A stretch of 57,673 nt of DNA from Bacteroidia bacterium (GCA_044360615.1 JBIKKC010000001.1:1-57673), one strand, 5' to 3'; positions 36,703-46,326 are shown, counted from the first letter of the stretch. Numbers and translations: made by a program. The notes: generated by a model from the sequence alone, not told the origin.

Positions 36703-36734
36703 GAGGTCTGATCCAATTGGGTCAGATCTCTTTT
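36703..36734 (+). terminator. hairpin between convergent genes (GT2-like gene and rpoN)
   Basis: GAGGTCTGATCC (36703-36714), loop AATT, GGGTCAGATCTC (36719-36730). This is a 12-bp stem with two G-U pairs when read on the + strand, followed by TTTT. It overlaps the rpoN stop codon. Confidence 0.6.
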
Positions 36735-38197
36735 CGTAAACGAGCTACAGGAATGTTCATTTGTTCCCTATACTTTGCAACTGTTCTCCTAGCTATATTA
36801 TATCCCTTCTCCTTCAAAATTTCCATTAAACGTTCATCCGGCAGTGGCTTAGACTTTTCCTCACCATCAATAGCATCTTTTAAAATCTTCTTTACTTCTC
36901 TACTGCTTACTTCTTCTCCTTCGTCTGTTTGAATTCCCTCACTAAAAAAATACTTAAGAGGGAAAGTGCCATAATCTGTTTGAACATACTTGCTATTTGC
37001 AACCCTACTGATAGTTGAAATATCAAGGTTCGTAATTTCTGCTATGTCTTTCAAAATCATGGGCCTCAAAAAGGTTTCATCACCTTCAACAAAAAACTTA
37101 TATTGAAATTTGAGAATGGCATTCATGGTAGAAAGCAAAGTTTGATGCCGCTGCCTAATACTTTCTATAAACCAACGCGCTCCATCTAGCTTTTGCTTTA
37201 TAAATTGAACAGTGTCTTTTTGCTCTCGCGTAGGAGCTTTAGCTTCATCATAACCTTTTAAGGTTTCCAAATAACTTCTGCTAATTCTAAGATCTGGGGC
37301 ATTTCTAGAATTAAGATGAACCATAAGCTTCCCAGCTTCTTCTATCAAAATAAAATCTGGAGTAATATATTGGGTGGCACTAGTATCTATAGACTCGCCT
37401 GGCTTTGGATTTAAACGGGTAATCACATGAATGCAAGCGCGAAGCTCATCATCGCTTAGCTTTAACATCCTGGTAAGACGATCGTAATGTTTTTTAGTAA
37501 AATCGTCAAAAAAGTCTGCTAAAATCTGAGTGGCTAACTTTATTAAACTATTGGTTTGATCCTTTCTTTTCAATTGTAATAACAAACACTCTTGAAGCGA
37601 GGTAGCCCCGATGCCTGCAGGCTCAAGGTTTTGAATTTTATGAAGCACTCGTCTCATCTCGTCTATACTTGCTTCCACGTTCATAGAAAAAGCTAAATCA
37701 TTAATAATGGCCTCCAAAGACCTTCTTAAGTAACCATCATCATCTATTGAGCCAATTATTTGATTTCCTATCGTTAACTCTTTCTCATTTTCTGCAATGG
37801 CAGTAAATTGTTCCAAAAGCTCTTCATGAAAAGTATGCGACTCGGCAAGTGGTCTTTCCTTTCTTTCCTCATCACCCTCATCACTTAAATGAAAACCATC
37901 TGGATCATACTCATCATTTACATACTCCTTAACATCTAAACCTTCCTCCATCAAAAAATCATCCACATTTACATCAGCCGCTTCTTCAGTATTAGTAAGT
38001 TCAGATTCACTAACAGGATCAACTTCACCAGGAGCTGCATCATCATCACCTGCTTTTAAAAGAGCAGGGTTTTCTATCAACTCCATATCCACCCGTTGAA
38101 GTATATCTACAGAATTGAGCTGCAACAATTTTATAAACTGTATTTGCTGGGGAGAAAGCTTCTGCGTTTGGGATTGTTGTAAACCTTGTTTTAGCAT
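36722..38197 (-). CDS. rpoN: RNA polymerase sigma-54 factor
   Basis: 491 aa. Region I is MLKQGLQQSQTQKLSPQQIQFIKLLQL, followed by an acidic linker and the C-terminal RpoN box ARRTVAKYRE. Confidence 0.95.
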   Translation of the reverse strand: MLKQGLQQSQTQKLSPQQIQFIKLLQLNSVDILQRVDMELIENPALLKAGDDDAAPGEVDPVSESELTNTEEAADVNVDDFLMEEGLDVKEYVNDEYDPDGFHLSDEGDEERKERPLAESHTFHEELLEQFTAIAENEKELTIGNQIIGSIDDDGYLRRSLEAIINDLAFSMNVEASIDEMRRVLHKIQNLEPAGIGATSLQECLLLQLKRKDQTNSLIKLATQILADFFDDFTKKHYDRLTRMLKLSDDELRACIHVITRLNPKPGESIDTSATQYITPDFILIEEAGKLMVHLNSRNAPDLRISRSYLETLKGYDEAKAPTREQKDTVQFIKQKLDGARWFIESIRQRHQTLLSTMNAILKFQYKFFVEGDETFLRPMILKDIAEITNLDISTISRVANSKYVQTDYGTFPLKYFFSEGIQTDEGEEVSSREVKKILKDAIDGEEKSKPLPDERLMEILKEKGYNIARRTVAKYREQMNIPVARLRKEI

Positions 38198-38204
38198 GAC
38201 AAGG

Positions 38205-38212
38205 CGAAGTTA
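38205..38212 (-). promoter_or_regulatory. -7-type promoter box TAACTTCG (rpoN)
   Basis: The reverse complement of cgaagtta is TAACTTCG. It lies 7 nt upstream of the rpoN ATG. Confidence 0.35.
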
Positions 38213-38264
38213 CAAAAAAGCATGTAGTTGAAAAATAATACTGAGAATCGGTGTAAAAATAAGG

Positions 38265-38804
38265 CTATTCTGAATCCTCTTCTTCTTGTTCGGCTTGAAC
38301 AATAGGTTCTACCCAATAACCTTGCCTATTAATTTTACCCTCTAAATGGTTTAAACGAACCTTTGCAATTCCTTTTCCGTTAAATTCAGAAATTTCATGA
38401 TAAATAACTGGCATAATCTCATTCCCATTTCTATCGACTAAACCAAATAGATTCTTTATACGCACCAAAGCAATATTTTGCTTAAATGGACCTATGTAGG
38501 CGTACCTTATTTTAATCACCTCTTCATCTTTACTACTGATATAACCAAAATTTTCACCAATACTAACCTTAGCCATACCTGCATAAAATTCACCAATGGT
38601 ATTATACCTACAGGCAATTACTTCCTCTCCTTTTTGATTAATAAAACCCACAAAATCGTCTTTGTAAACTTTAGCAACACCATTTTTAAATGGGTCTATT
38701 CTATCATATCCAGAATTTGAAGGATTTGGGACAATTCGAACTAAAGGAAATACAAAGATTCCACTGATGAAAAATAACAGATATTTGAATAGATACAGCT
38801 TCAA
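38265..38804 (-). CDS. WG-repeat (KWG-type) protein
   Basis: TTG start and an N-terminal hydrophobic anchor. Repeats GFINQKGEEVI, FGYISSKDEEVI and FGLVDRNGNEIM. Confidence 0.75.
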   Translation of the reverse strand: MKLYLFKYLLFFISGIFVFPLVRIVPNPSNSGYDRIDPFKNGVAKVYKDDFVGFINQKGEEVIACRYNTIGEFYAGMAKVSIGENFGYISSKDEEVIKIRYAYIGPFKQNIALVRIKNLFGLVDRNGNEIMPVIYHEISEFNGKGIAKVRLNHLEGKINRQGYWVEPIVQAEQEEEDSE

Positions 38805-38823
38805 CTCAAATTATATTAATAAA

Positions 38824-38831
38824 CAAAATTA
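38824..38831 (-). promoter_or_regulatory. -7 promoter box TAATTTTG (WG-repeat gene)
   Basis: Exact TAnnTTTG on the minus strand, 19 nt upstream of the TTG start at 38804. Confidence 0.45.
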
Positions 38832-39039
38832 TTGTTTAAACGGAAGAATATATATTTTAATAAAAATATCTTTTCATTGATTTATTGTGGATTGTCTTGT
38901 TTTTAAGATACGTTTAATGAATCCTGATGCAGTTTAGGTAATAACTTGATTTCAGAAAAGTTGGTTTATGGTAAATATTTTTCCTTTTTTAACTAATTTT
39001 TAAGGCTATTTTGATTTTGGCTTTGTAAATTGCAAACCC

Positions 39040-39720
39040 ATGTTTAGTGATGTGATACAATTGCTTTTCCCCAATCTTTGCCTAAATTGCAACAAAGGTT
39101 TGGTTAAAACGGAGCGCTACCTTTGCCTCCATTGTCAACTCAATTTACCTGAAACCCAATACCATCTTTCAAAGGAAAATGGAGTAGAAAAAGCACTGTG
39201 GGGGCGCGTTCCTTTCGAAAGAGCATTCTCCTTTTTGTATTTTAACCAAGCAGGAATTACCCAAAGACTCTTGCATGAACTAAAGTATAGGGGGAATGAA
39301 GAATTAGCCTTTTTTTTAGGTTCTCTTTATGGTCAACGTCTTAAAAAAATTTCAGATACCATGCTGCTACAGGGTGTAATAGCTATCCCATTACACCCAA
39401 GTAAGTTAAGAAAAAGAGGGTATAATCAAAGTTTAGCTTTTGCCAATGGTTTAGCCGAAACCCTATCTATTCCCAACTTTAGTATTAATATCGAACGAAT
39501 AAGAGCCACTGAAACACAAACTAAAAAAAATCGTTGGCAGCGTTGGGAAAATGTAAATGCTATTTTTAACGTTAATCATCCAGAAACTTTGTGCAATAAA
39601 CATTTGTTATTAGTGGATGATGTTATAACTACAGGTGCAACCATAGAAAGTTGCGCAAAAGAACTTTTAGAAAAAACAAGTTGCAAGTTGAGCATAGCCA
39701 GCATAGCCTACGCAGCCTAA
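39040..39720 (+). CDS. ComF family protein (phosphoribosyltransferase domain)
   Basis: N-terminal paired CxxC (CLNC, CLHC). C-terminal PRTase motif LLLVDDVITTGATI. Confidence 0.85.
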   Translation: MFSDVIQLLFPNLCLNCNKGLVKTERYLCLHCQLNLPETQYHLSKENGVEKALWGRVPFERAFSFLYFNQAGITQRLLHELKYRGNEELAFFLGSLYGQRLKKISDTMLLQGVIAIPLHPSKLRKRGYNQSLAFANGLAETLSIPNFSINIERIRATETQTKKNRWQRWENVNAIFNVNHPETLCNKHLLLVDDVITTGATIESCAKELLEKTSCKLSIASIAYAA

Positions 39721-39759
39721 ATCCAATAAAATGAAACATAAACATACCCAAATCAAGTA

Positions 39760-41226
39760 ATGAGGAAAATAACTTTCGTACTTCTTAACTTTTGTTTTGG
39801 AATAAATGTACTTATTGCACAGTTTCAAGGTGGTATTGCAAGTAGCAATCACTCTGGGGTACTAGGAATAAGCATCAATCCAGCAAATACCAATTATCTT
39901 AATAATGGTACAGACTTTTTATTGGGCGGCTTCTCGGGTAGCATCTTAAATAATGGTTTTTACTTAAAAGCAAAGCCCATTACACAATACATTAATGGAG
40001 AAATTATCACTTCATTTACCAAAAAAGATCCATCAAACCCAGAGGAGGGTATCAATGAAAAATTTGATAGAATTTATAATATTCAGCGCAGCCTGAAACC
40101 TAGCAATTACATCTTTACAGATGCAACTATCCTAGGGCCTTCATTTCTTATTAACCATAAAAAACATTCATTTGGATTAAGCACCTCCGTTAAGACCAAC
40201 TCCAATACTATAGATTTATCACCTAATATGGCTATTTTTCTATTGAAAGGTGCAAATGCCATCGAATTAGTTGGAAAATCAACCAATCTAAATTATGTTA
40301 CTTCTAGTACCATGGTGTATACAGATATTGCATTTAATTACTCGTACCAAGTTGCCGAAACATTTAAGGGATTGCATAGGTTAGGCTTCTCTGCACACTA
40401 CCTGAATGGCATAAACTCTATCATTTTTCAAGACAATAACAATGCAAAATGGGACTTTATAGGCGACTCTTCCATCTATATGAATGGTGCAGATTTTATC
40501 TATAGTTATGCGGCTACTAAGTCAGGAAAAATAGCGGAGTTACTAGAATCTAGAGGTACAGGTTTTGCCTTAGATGTAGGTTATACCTATACACGCAAAA
40601 AGAAAGGCAGACCTACTCGCAAAACAATTTGTCCAAATATCAGATATCTAGGAAAAATAAGAGAATACCAAGAATACAAATGGAAATTAGGCGTTGCCTT
40701 AATGGATATTGGTTATATAAATTTTAAAACCCAAACATCCATTAATACTTATGAAAATGCTACAGGAGAGGTTAAAAACTTAGACCTTTCCTTTTACAGT
40801 GGTGTATTTGCACTTGAAAGAGCTTTAAACTTTGCTTATTCAAACCCACCAACAATTTACACAAAAGAAAATAATTTTACCCATTATACGGCAACGCGTT
40901 TAAATGTTCAATTTGATTACGCGTACAAAAATGGTTGGTACTTCAATTTTTCTGGTTCTCACAGACTACCTGTTCCAGGTGCACTAAGCCTGAGAGCTCC
41001 CAATATTTTAAGTTTAACCACACGTTACGAAAAGGATAATTTCGATTTATATATACCAATTAACTTAATAGAATACCAATATCCTGTTCTTGGAGTCGGA
41101 TTTAGAGTAGGGCCGTTTTTTATGGGCACTAACCATTTACTTGAGTTAGTTGGTTTAAGAAATATTAGAGGAGCAGATATTTATCTGGGTTTGAAATTTA
41201 ATCTTTCAAACTTCAGAGGCGTTTAA
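39760..41226 (+). CDS. putative outer-membrane beta-barrel protein
   Basis: Signal peptide MRKITFVLLNFCFGINVLIAQ. The sequence is Gly/Asn/Tyr-rich with alternating strands over 488 aa. The family is not confidently recognised. Confidence 0.6.
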   Translation: MRKITFVLLNFCFGINVLIAQFQGGIASSNHSGVLGISINPANTNYLNNGTDFLLGGFSGSILNNGFYLKAKPITQYINGEIITSFTKKDPSNPEEGINEKFDRIYNIQRSLKPSNYIFTDATILGPSFLINHKKHSFGLSTSVKTNSNTIDLSPNMAIFLLKGANAIELVGKSTNLNYVTSSTMVYTDIAFNYSYQVAETFKGLHRLGFSAHYLNGINSIIFQDNNNAKWDFIGDSSIYMNGADFIYSYAATKSGKIAELLESRGTGFALDVGYTYTRKKKGRPTRKTICPNIRYLGKIREYQEYKWKLGVALMDIGYINFKTQTSINTYENATGEVKNLDLSFYSGVFALERALNFAYSNPPTIYTKENNFTHYTATRLNVQFDYAYKNGWYFNFSGSHRLPVPGALSLRAPNILSLTTRYEKDNFDLYIPINLIEYQYPVLGVGFRVGPFFMGTNHLLELVGLRNIRGADIYLGLKFNLSNFRGV

Positions 41227-41805
41227 TTATTTTATTAAACTACTTATTTCTTCACTCAGCGGATTTACACCAGATCCAAAATGTTTTAACCAGTTTCCAT
41301 TGGGGTCTACCAGTATTTTATTAAAATTCCACTTAATAGTCGCGTCGCTAACTCCGTTCAAAGATTTGGTAGTTAACCACTGGTAAATGGGGTGCTGCTC
41401 TTCCCCTTTAACAGAAATTTTCTGACTTAAAGGAAAAGTTACACCATAATTTTTCTTGCAAAAGGTTTGAATATCATCTGCAGTTCCTGGCTCTTGACCC
41501 ATAAATTGATTACACGGAAATCCAATAACCACCAATTTATCAGTGTATTTCTCAGCTAACTTTTGCAATTCGGCATATTGCGGTGTGTAACCGCATTCGC
41601 TCGCTACATTAACACAGAGTACATACTTTCCTTTGAAATCAATCATTTTTAAAGTTCCTTTACCATCTATGGTTGGAATGCTTAAGTCGTGGAAATTAGT
41701 AATATTTGAAAGCGTCTTAGGCTTTCTAGATTTAGAAGCCGAAAAGCTGTAAACAACCACCCCAGCAAATGCTAAAGCTAAAATCGAAAAAAAATACCTT
41801 TTCAT
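41227..41805 (-). CDS. glutathione peroxidase (exported, Cys-type)
   Basis: Signal peptide. Motifs VNVASECGYTPQY, GFPCNQFMGQEPG and WNFNKILVD. Confidence 0.92.
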   Translation of the reverse strand: MKRYFFSILALAFAGVVVYSFSASKSRKPKTLSNITNFHDLSIPTIDGKGTLKMIDFKGKYVLCVNVASECGYTPQYAELQKLAEKYTDKLVVIGFPCNQFMGQEPGTADDIQTFCKKNYGVTFPLSQKISVKGEEQHPIYQWLTTKSLNGVSDATIKWNFNKILVDPNGNWLKHFGSGVNPLSEEISSLIK

Positions 41806-41813
41806 ATAATTAT

Positions 41814-42656
41814 TTATAATGCCAATATAGCCTCTTTTATGTCAACCATTTGCCACTGAGGCGTGGAAGTTGCTCCACATATGCCAATCTTATCGTTTTC
41901 TTGAAACCACTCTTTCTGCAATTCTTCTTTACTACTTACAAAAAAAGTATTGGGATTATTGTCTTTACAAACATCAAATAGCACTTTACCATTAGACGAC
42001 TTTTTACCTGCGACAAAAACAATTTTATCGAACTTGGTTGAAAAATCGCGCAATTGAATATCTCTGTTGCTTACTTGTCTGCAAAGTGTATCATTAAAAC
42101 TTACCTCTATCCCTTGCCCTTCTAGTTTATCTTTCAAGGCAAATAAATTTTTGGTTCTCTTCGTAGTTTGGCTAAACAGTTGAATTTTTGATGGTAACTC
42201 GTAGTTTTCTAACTCATCAAATTTCTCTATCACGATAGCTTCTCCATTTGTTTGACCCAATAAGCCTTTAACCTCTGCGTGGCCATGCTTGCCATAAATC
42301 ATGATTTTTTCATCATCGTTAAAAGCATCTCGCACCCTGTGTTGTAATTTCAAAACCACAGGGCAAGAGGCATCTACTAATTCAATATCATTTTGCAAGG
42401 CTATTTGGTAAGTTTCTGGCGGCTCTCCATGTGCTCTAATTAAAACGCGTTCTCCTCGCAATTGCTTAAACTGATCATAATCTATTATTTCAAGCCCTTT
42501 CCTTCTAAGTCTTTCAACTTCCTCGTCATTGTGCACAATATCTCCTAAGCAGTAGAGTTTACCAAATTCATCTAATATATCTTCTGCCATTTGAATGGCA
42601 AAAACTACACCAAAACAAAACCCAGAATTGTCATCTATTTCTATATTCACATTCAT
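41814..42656 (-). CDS. ispH: 4-hydroxy-3-methylbut-2-enyl diphosphate reductase
   Basis: I prefer the ATG at 42656; the track ORF begins at an upstream TTG. Motifs GFCFGV, RAHGEPP, DASCPVV and LCRQVSNR. Confidence 0.93.
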   Translation of the reverse strand: MNVNIEIDDNSGFCFGVVFAIQMAEDILDEFGKLYCLGDIVHNDEEVERLRRKGLEIIDYDQFKQLRGERVLIRAHGEPPETYQIALQNDIELVDASCPVVLKLQHRVRDAFNDDEKIMIYGKHGHAEVKGLLGQTNGEAIVIEKFDELENYELPSKIQLFSQTTKRTKNLFALKDKLEGQGIEVSFNDTLCRQVSNRDIQLRDFSTKFDKIVFVAGKKSSNGKVLFDVCKDNNPNTFFVSSKEELQKEWFQENDKIGICGATSTPQWQMVDIKEAILAL

Positions 42657-42805
42657 GTTATGCAGAAACAATAGATTAACATACTAAGGGTCCTATTGTT
42701 TGTTTCAAAATTATAATAAATTTTGCAAATGCTTGCAAAGGGAATATTTTCCATAAATTACTAAAGAAATAAAACAATGGCCTGTAAATTAGGTTATAGA
42801 TAAGC

Positions 42806-43240
42806 ATGGGTGAAATAGATAATTTAATAAATGAAGATGGAAGTTATATTGGGCCAGCAAATTTATCCCCCATTCCACTAACTTTAGGCTCTCCAGCAAT
42901 ACAACCATTAGACAAAGGCAAGATAAAAGCAAATGCTGTTGAGGCAATGCACCACTACGCTAACCAAGAGGTAGCACTTCTAAAAAGACAAGCTGATTTA
43001 ATTATGGAACAGGTTCGTGATATAGAATCACGATTAAAAGTTTCTGAGAAAATATATGAATCAGATTTTAGATTTCAACCTGTAGTGGGCCAATTATACC
43101 ACCTTTACGAGCAAGACGACTATTATCGTTTATCACTTATTGGTCCAGGAGAATGGGGCAGAAGTAAAACAATGGGAAAACATATTGCCTCGGTAAGATT
43201 ATTGGGCGACCACAGCTGGGAAGTACTTAAAGGCAAATAA
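42806..43240 (+). CDS. conserved hypothetical cytoplasmic protein
   Basis: 144 aa with no signal peptide or TM helix. The central part is helical ([30 protein letters not shown]). Family uncertain. Confidence 0.6.
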   Translation: MGEIDNLINEDGSYIGPANLSPIPLTLGSPAIQPLDKGKIKANAVEAMHHYANQEVALLKRQADLIMEQVRDIESRLKVSEKIYESDFRFQPVVGQLYHLYEQDDYYRLSLIGPGEWGRSKTMGKHIASVRLLGDHSWEVLKGK

Positions 43241-43251
43241 CAAATCCAAAA

Positions 43252-43282
43252 TTTGGGCATTTGGGTTATTTGGCTACCTTTG
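43252..43282 (+). promoter_or_regulatory. Bacteroidota-type promoter (TTTG-N19-TACCTTTG) for the panD operon
   Basis: TTTG at 43252-43255, a 19-nt spacer, then TACCTTTG at 43275-43282, 16 nt upstream of the panD ATG. Confidence 0.6.
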
Positions 43283-43298
43283 CGGCGCTAAATACCTC

Positions 43299-43649
43299 AT
43301 GCAGATTCAATTATTAAAATCTAAAATTCACAGGGCTAAAATAACCCAGACTGAATTACATTACGTTGGCAGTATTACTATAGATGAAGATCTTATGGAT
43401 GCGGCAAACATGATAGAAAACGAAAAAGTTCAAGTAGTTAATATAAATAACGGTGAGCGGTTCGAAACCTATATTATCAAAGGTGAGCGTGGCTCTGGAA
43501 TGATTTGCTTAAATGGACCAGCAGCTCGGAAAGCCGCAGTAGGTGATCACGTAATAGTAATTTCATATTGTATAATGGACTTTGAGGCTGCTAAACAATA
43601 TAAACCAATAGCCATTTATCCAGACCATCATAATAAACTCGCACTGTGA
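43299..43649 (+). CDS. panD: aspartate 1-decarboxylase
   Basis: 116 aa. [32 protein letters not shown] includes the G-S self-processing site. Confidence 0.95.
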   Translation: MQIQLLKSKIHRAKITQTELHYVGSITIDEDLMDAANMIENEKVQVVNINNGERFETYIIKGERGSGMICLNGPAARKAAVGDHVIVISYCIMDFEAAKQYKPIAIYPDHHNKLAL

Positions 43650-44647
43650 GCGAAAAAACCAAAAAAAACCTTTTGCTAGCCGTTATTATGCTGGTAGGCA
43701 TAATGTTTACACTATACGCTTTCAAGGGGGTTGATATTAATGATGTTATTACTAAGATATCCGATGCTAATCCTTGGTGGTTGCTTCTTGGAATGGGAAT
43801 ATCATTAGTGAGCCATTGGTTAAGGGCTTACAGAGCAACCCTTTTGTATGAAGCAATGCATTTTGAAGTGAGTGTGAAAAATAGCTTCCTAGCTGTGCTT
43901 ATTGGCTATATGATGAATTATTTTATCCCAAGAGCGGGCGAGGTAAGCAGATCTGCAGCCATAAGTAAAACAGATAATGTACCTTTAGAAAAGGGTTTAG
44001 GTTCTGTGGTAACAGAAAGAATTGTTGATATGGTATTGCTACTCATTATTTTGGGAATAATATTCTTATTTCAATTTGATTTAATTTATGGATTTATTCA
44101 GCAAACACTAAACTCCAAAGCAAGCGAACAAAAATCTGGCTTCCCCTTAAAATGGGTGCTATTAGGCGTTTTTGCAATTGCCTCGGTTATATTGTTTTTA
44201 CTGAGAAAAAAACTGGTTCAAACCAAACTATTTGCGAGGATTTTTAGCGTGTTGCAAGGATTTGCAGATGGGCTATTAAGCATTAGACATTTGAAAAAGC
44301 CATATTTGTTTGTAGGCCTATCTGCTCTAATTTGGGTTGGCTATATTTTGATGATGTATTTCTGTTTGTTTTCTATGGAACCTACCTCACATCTGCTATT
44401 TATTGATTGTTTAACTGTTTTTGCAATTGGAACAATTGGCATTGTTTTGCCTGCACCTGGTGCCGGAGCTGGTACATTCCATTTTTTTGTAATGCAAAGC
44501 TTGCTATTATTTGGGGTAAGCAAGGAAGATGGATTAGCCTATGCTACCTTGGTTCATGGGGCCCAAATGATTTTACTAATTGCTTTAGGCATAATAGCAT
44601 CTGGTCTAATTTTTACCCAGCAAAAAAAGGGGAATGAGCAAATTTAA
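43646..44647 (+). CDS. UPF0104 / lysylphosphatidylglycerol-synthase-TM-like (flippase-like) membrane protein
   Basis: The GTG start overlaps the panD stop (GTGA). 333 aa with ~8 TM helices. A typical IPRAGEVSR segment follows TM3. Confidence 0.75.
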   Translation: MSEKTKKNLLLAVIMLVGIMFTLYAFKGVDINDVITKISDANPWWLLLGMGISLVSHWLRAYRATLLYEAMHFEVSVKNSFLAVLIGYMMNYFIPRAGEVSRSAAISKTDNVPLEKGLGSVVTERIVDMVLLLIILGIIFLFQFDLIYGFIQQTLNSKASEQKSGFPLKWVLLGVFAIASVILFLLRKKLVQTKLFARIFSVLQGFADGLLSIRHLKKPYLFVGLSALIWVGYILMMYFCLFSMEPTSHLLFIDCLTVFAIGTIGIVLPAPGAGAGTFHFFVMQSLLLFGVSKEDGLAYATLVHGAQMILLIALGIIASGLIFTQQKKGNEQI

Positions 44648-45125
44648 TACTGTTCAAAATAAAATTTGCTCTTGGGATAGCCTTTCTGCAAAGGTTAAAT
44701 CATGGCAAAACGCAGGTAAAAAAGTTGTATTCACTAACGGGTGTTTCGACATTTTGCATAAGGGCCATGTGGATTACCTCGCAAAAGCGGCTGATATGGG
44801 AGATGTGTTAGTGTTAGGCTTAAATACTGACGCCTCTGTAAGTAAACTTAAAGGTTCAAACAGACCCATACAAGATCAAGATTCTAGATTACTAATTATG
44901 GCATCTTTAGGTTTTGTGGATGCCGTTGTATTATTTGATGAACCAACTCCTTATAACCTCATAAGTTTAATAAAACCAGATGTTTTAGTTAAAGGAAGCG
45001 ATTACGAACCAGAGAAAATCGTTGGCTACGACGTGGTAATGTCAATAGGAGGTGCCGTTAAAACTATTGATTATCTTGAAGGTTATTCAACTACAAACAT
45101 TGAAAAAAAAATAAAAAACAATTGA
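44634..45125 (+). CDS. small cytidylyltransferase-fold nucleotidyltransferase (RfaE domain II / HldC-like)
   Basis: 163 aa. VVFTNGCFDILHKGHVDYL contains the HxGH motif. The ATG overlaps the upstream gene by 14 nt. Confidence 0.85.
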   Translation: MSKFNTVQNKICSWDSLSAKVKSWQNAGKKVVFTNGCFDILHKGHVDYLAKAADMGDVLVLGLNTDASVSKLKGSNRPIQDQDSRLLIMASLGFVDAVVLFDEPTPYNLISLIKPDVLVKGSDYEPEKIVGYDVVMSIGGAVKTIDYLEGYSTTNIEKKIKNN

Positions 45126-45160
45126 GCTTACAAGTTATTTTTATAATAAAGTTCAACCCT

Positions 45161-45168
45161 TATATTCG
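45161..45168 (+). promoter_or_regulatory. -7-type promoter box TATATTCG (acyl-CoA dehydrogenase)
   Basis: TATATTCG lies 18 nt upstream of the ATG at 45187. Confidence 0.4.
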
Positions 45169-45186
45169 TCTCAAAAATACACACTT

Positions 45187-46326
45187 ATGAATTTTGATTA
45201 TACAGAAGAGCATTTAAATGTGCAACAAGCAGCCAGAGATTTCGCACAAATAGAGTTATTACCAGGCGTTATTGAACGTGATAATAACCAAGAGTTTCCA
45301 TACGAACAAATTAAAAAACTTGGAGAGCTTGGCTTCTTAGGAATGATGGTAGATCCTAAATACGGAGGTTCTGGAATGGATACCGTTTCTTATGTACTTG
45401 CCATGGAAGAACTTTCAAAAGTTGATGCCTCTGCCTCAGTGGTTGTTTCCGTTAACAACTCATTAGTATGTTGGGGTTTAGAAACTTATGGCACAGAAGA
45501 GCAAAAATTAAAATATTTAGTTCCATTGGCAAGTGGCAAAGTGCATGGCGCTTTTTTACTATCTGAACCTGAAGCAGGTTCGGATGCAACTTCACAAAGA
45601 ACAACTGCAATAGACAAAGGTGATCATTATTTATTAAATGGCACCAAAAATTGGATAACGAATGGAAATACTGGAACATACTATTTAGTAATTGCACAAA
45701 CCGATGTTGAAAAAGGCCACAAGGGAATCAATGCATTTATTGTGGAGAAAAGTTGGGCTGGGGTTACTGTAGGTAAAAAAGAAGATAAAATGGGTATTCG
45801 CGGAAGTGATACGCATAGCATCATGTTCCAAGACGTTAAAATACCAAAAGAAAATAGGATTGGTGAGGATGGGTTTGGATTTAAATTTGCAATGAAAGTT
45901 TTAGCTGGTGGCAGAATAGGAATTGCTGCTCAGGCTTTAGGAATTGCGAGTGGCGCATTCGAATTAGCACTTAAATATTCTAAGGAAAGAAAAGCCTTTG
46001 GAAAGGAAATTATGCATCATCAAGCTATTCAGTTTAAATTAGCAGATATGGCTACCCAAATTGAAGCCGCTCGCTTATTGATTATGAAAGCAGCAGCCTT
46101 AAAAGATGCGCACCAGGATTATGCACTAGTTAGTTCAATGGCAAAAGTATTTGCATCAGAAACAGCCATGTGGGTTACTACAGAAGCAGTTCAGGTTCAT
46201 GGTGGTTACGGATACGTAAAAGAGTACCATGTAGAACGATTGATGCGTGATGCTAAAATTACACAGATATATGAAGGTACTAGTGAAGTAAATCGAATTG
46301 TGATTTCAAGAGAAATTTTAAGATAA
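45187..46326 (+). CDS. acyl-CoA dehydrogenase (short/medium-chain type)
   Basis: 379 aa covering all three ACAD domains. The C-terminal region is IYEGTSEVNRIVISREIL. Confidence 0.92.
   Translation: MNFDYTEEHLNVQQAARDFAQIELLPGVIERDNNQEFPYEQIKKLGELGFLGMMVDPKYGGSGMDTVSYVLAMEELSKVDASASVVVSVNNSLVCWGLETYGTEEQKLKYLVPLASGKVHGAFLLSEPEAGSDATSQRTTAIDKGDHYLLNGTKNWITNGNTGTYYLVIAQTDVEKGHKGINAFIVEKSWAGVTVGKKEDKMGIRGSDTHSIMFQDVKIPKENRIGEDGFGFKFAMKVLAGGRIGIAAQALGIASGAFELALKYSKERKAFGKEIMHHQAIQFKLADMATQIEAARLLIMKAAALKDAHQDYALVSSMAKVFASETAMWVTTEAVQVHGGYGYVKEYHVERLMRDAKITQIYEGTSEVNRIVISREILR

Noticed and set aside
36717-36932. 71-aa plus-strand ORF after the GT2-like gene
   Set aside because: It is entirely antisense to the well-supported 3' end of rpoN, including the RpoN box region. 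Its Ser/Phe/Leu-rich product looks like a shadow frame.
43459-43469. GGTTCGAAACC, resembling a tRNA T-arm
   Set aside because: It lies in-frame inside panD (…NGERFETY…). No acceptor or anticodon arms can be built around it. I found no tRNA or rRNA anywhere in the window.
44407-44637. 76-aa plus-strand ORF and 60-aa minus-strand ORF (44341-44523) inside the UPF0104 gene
   Set aside because: These are alternative frames of a membrane-protein gene. Their Cys/Trp-rich products have no start context, and the main frame encodes consistent TM helices.
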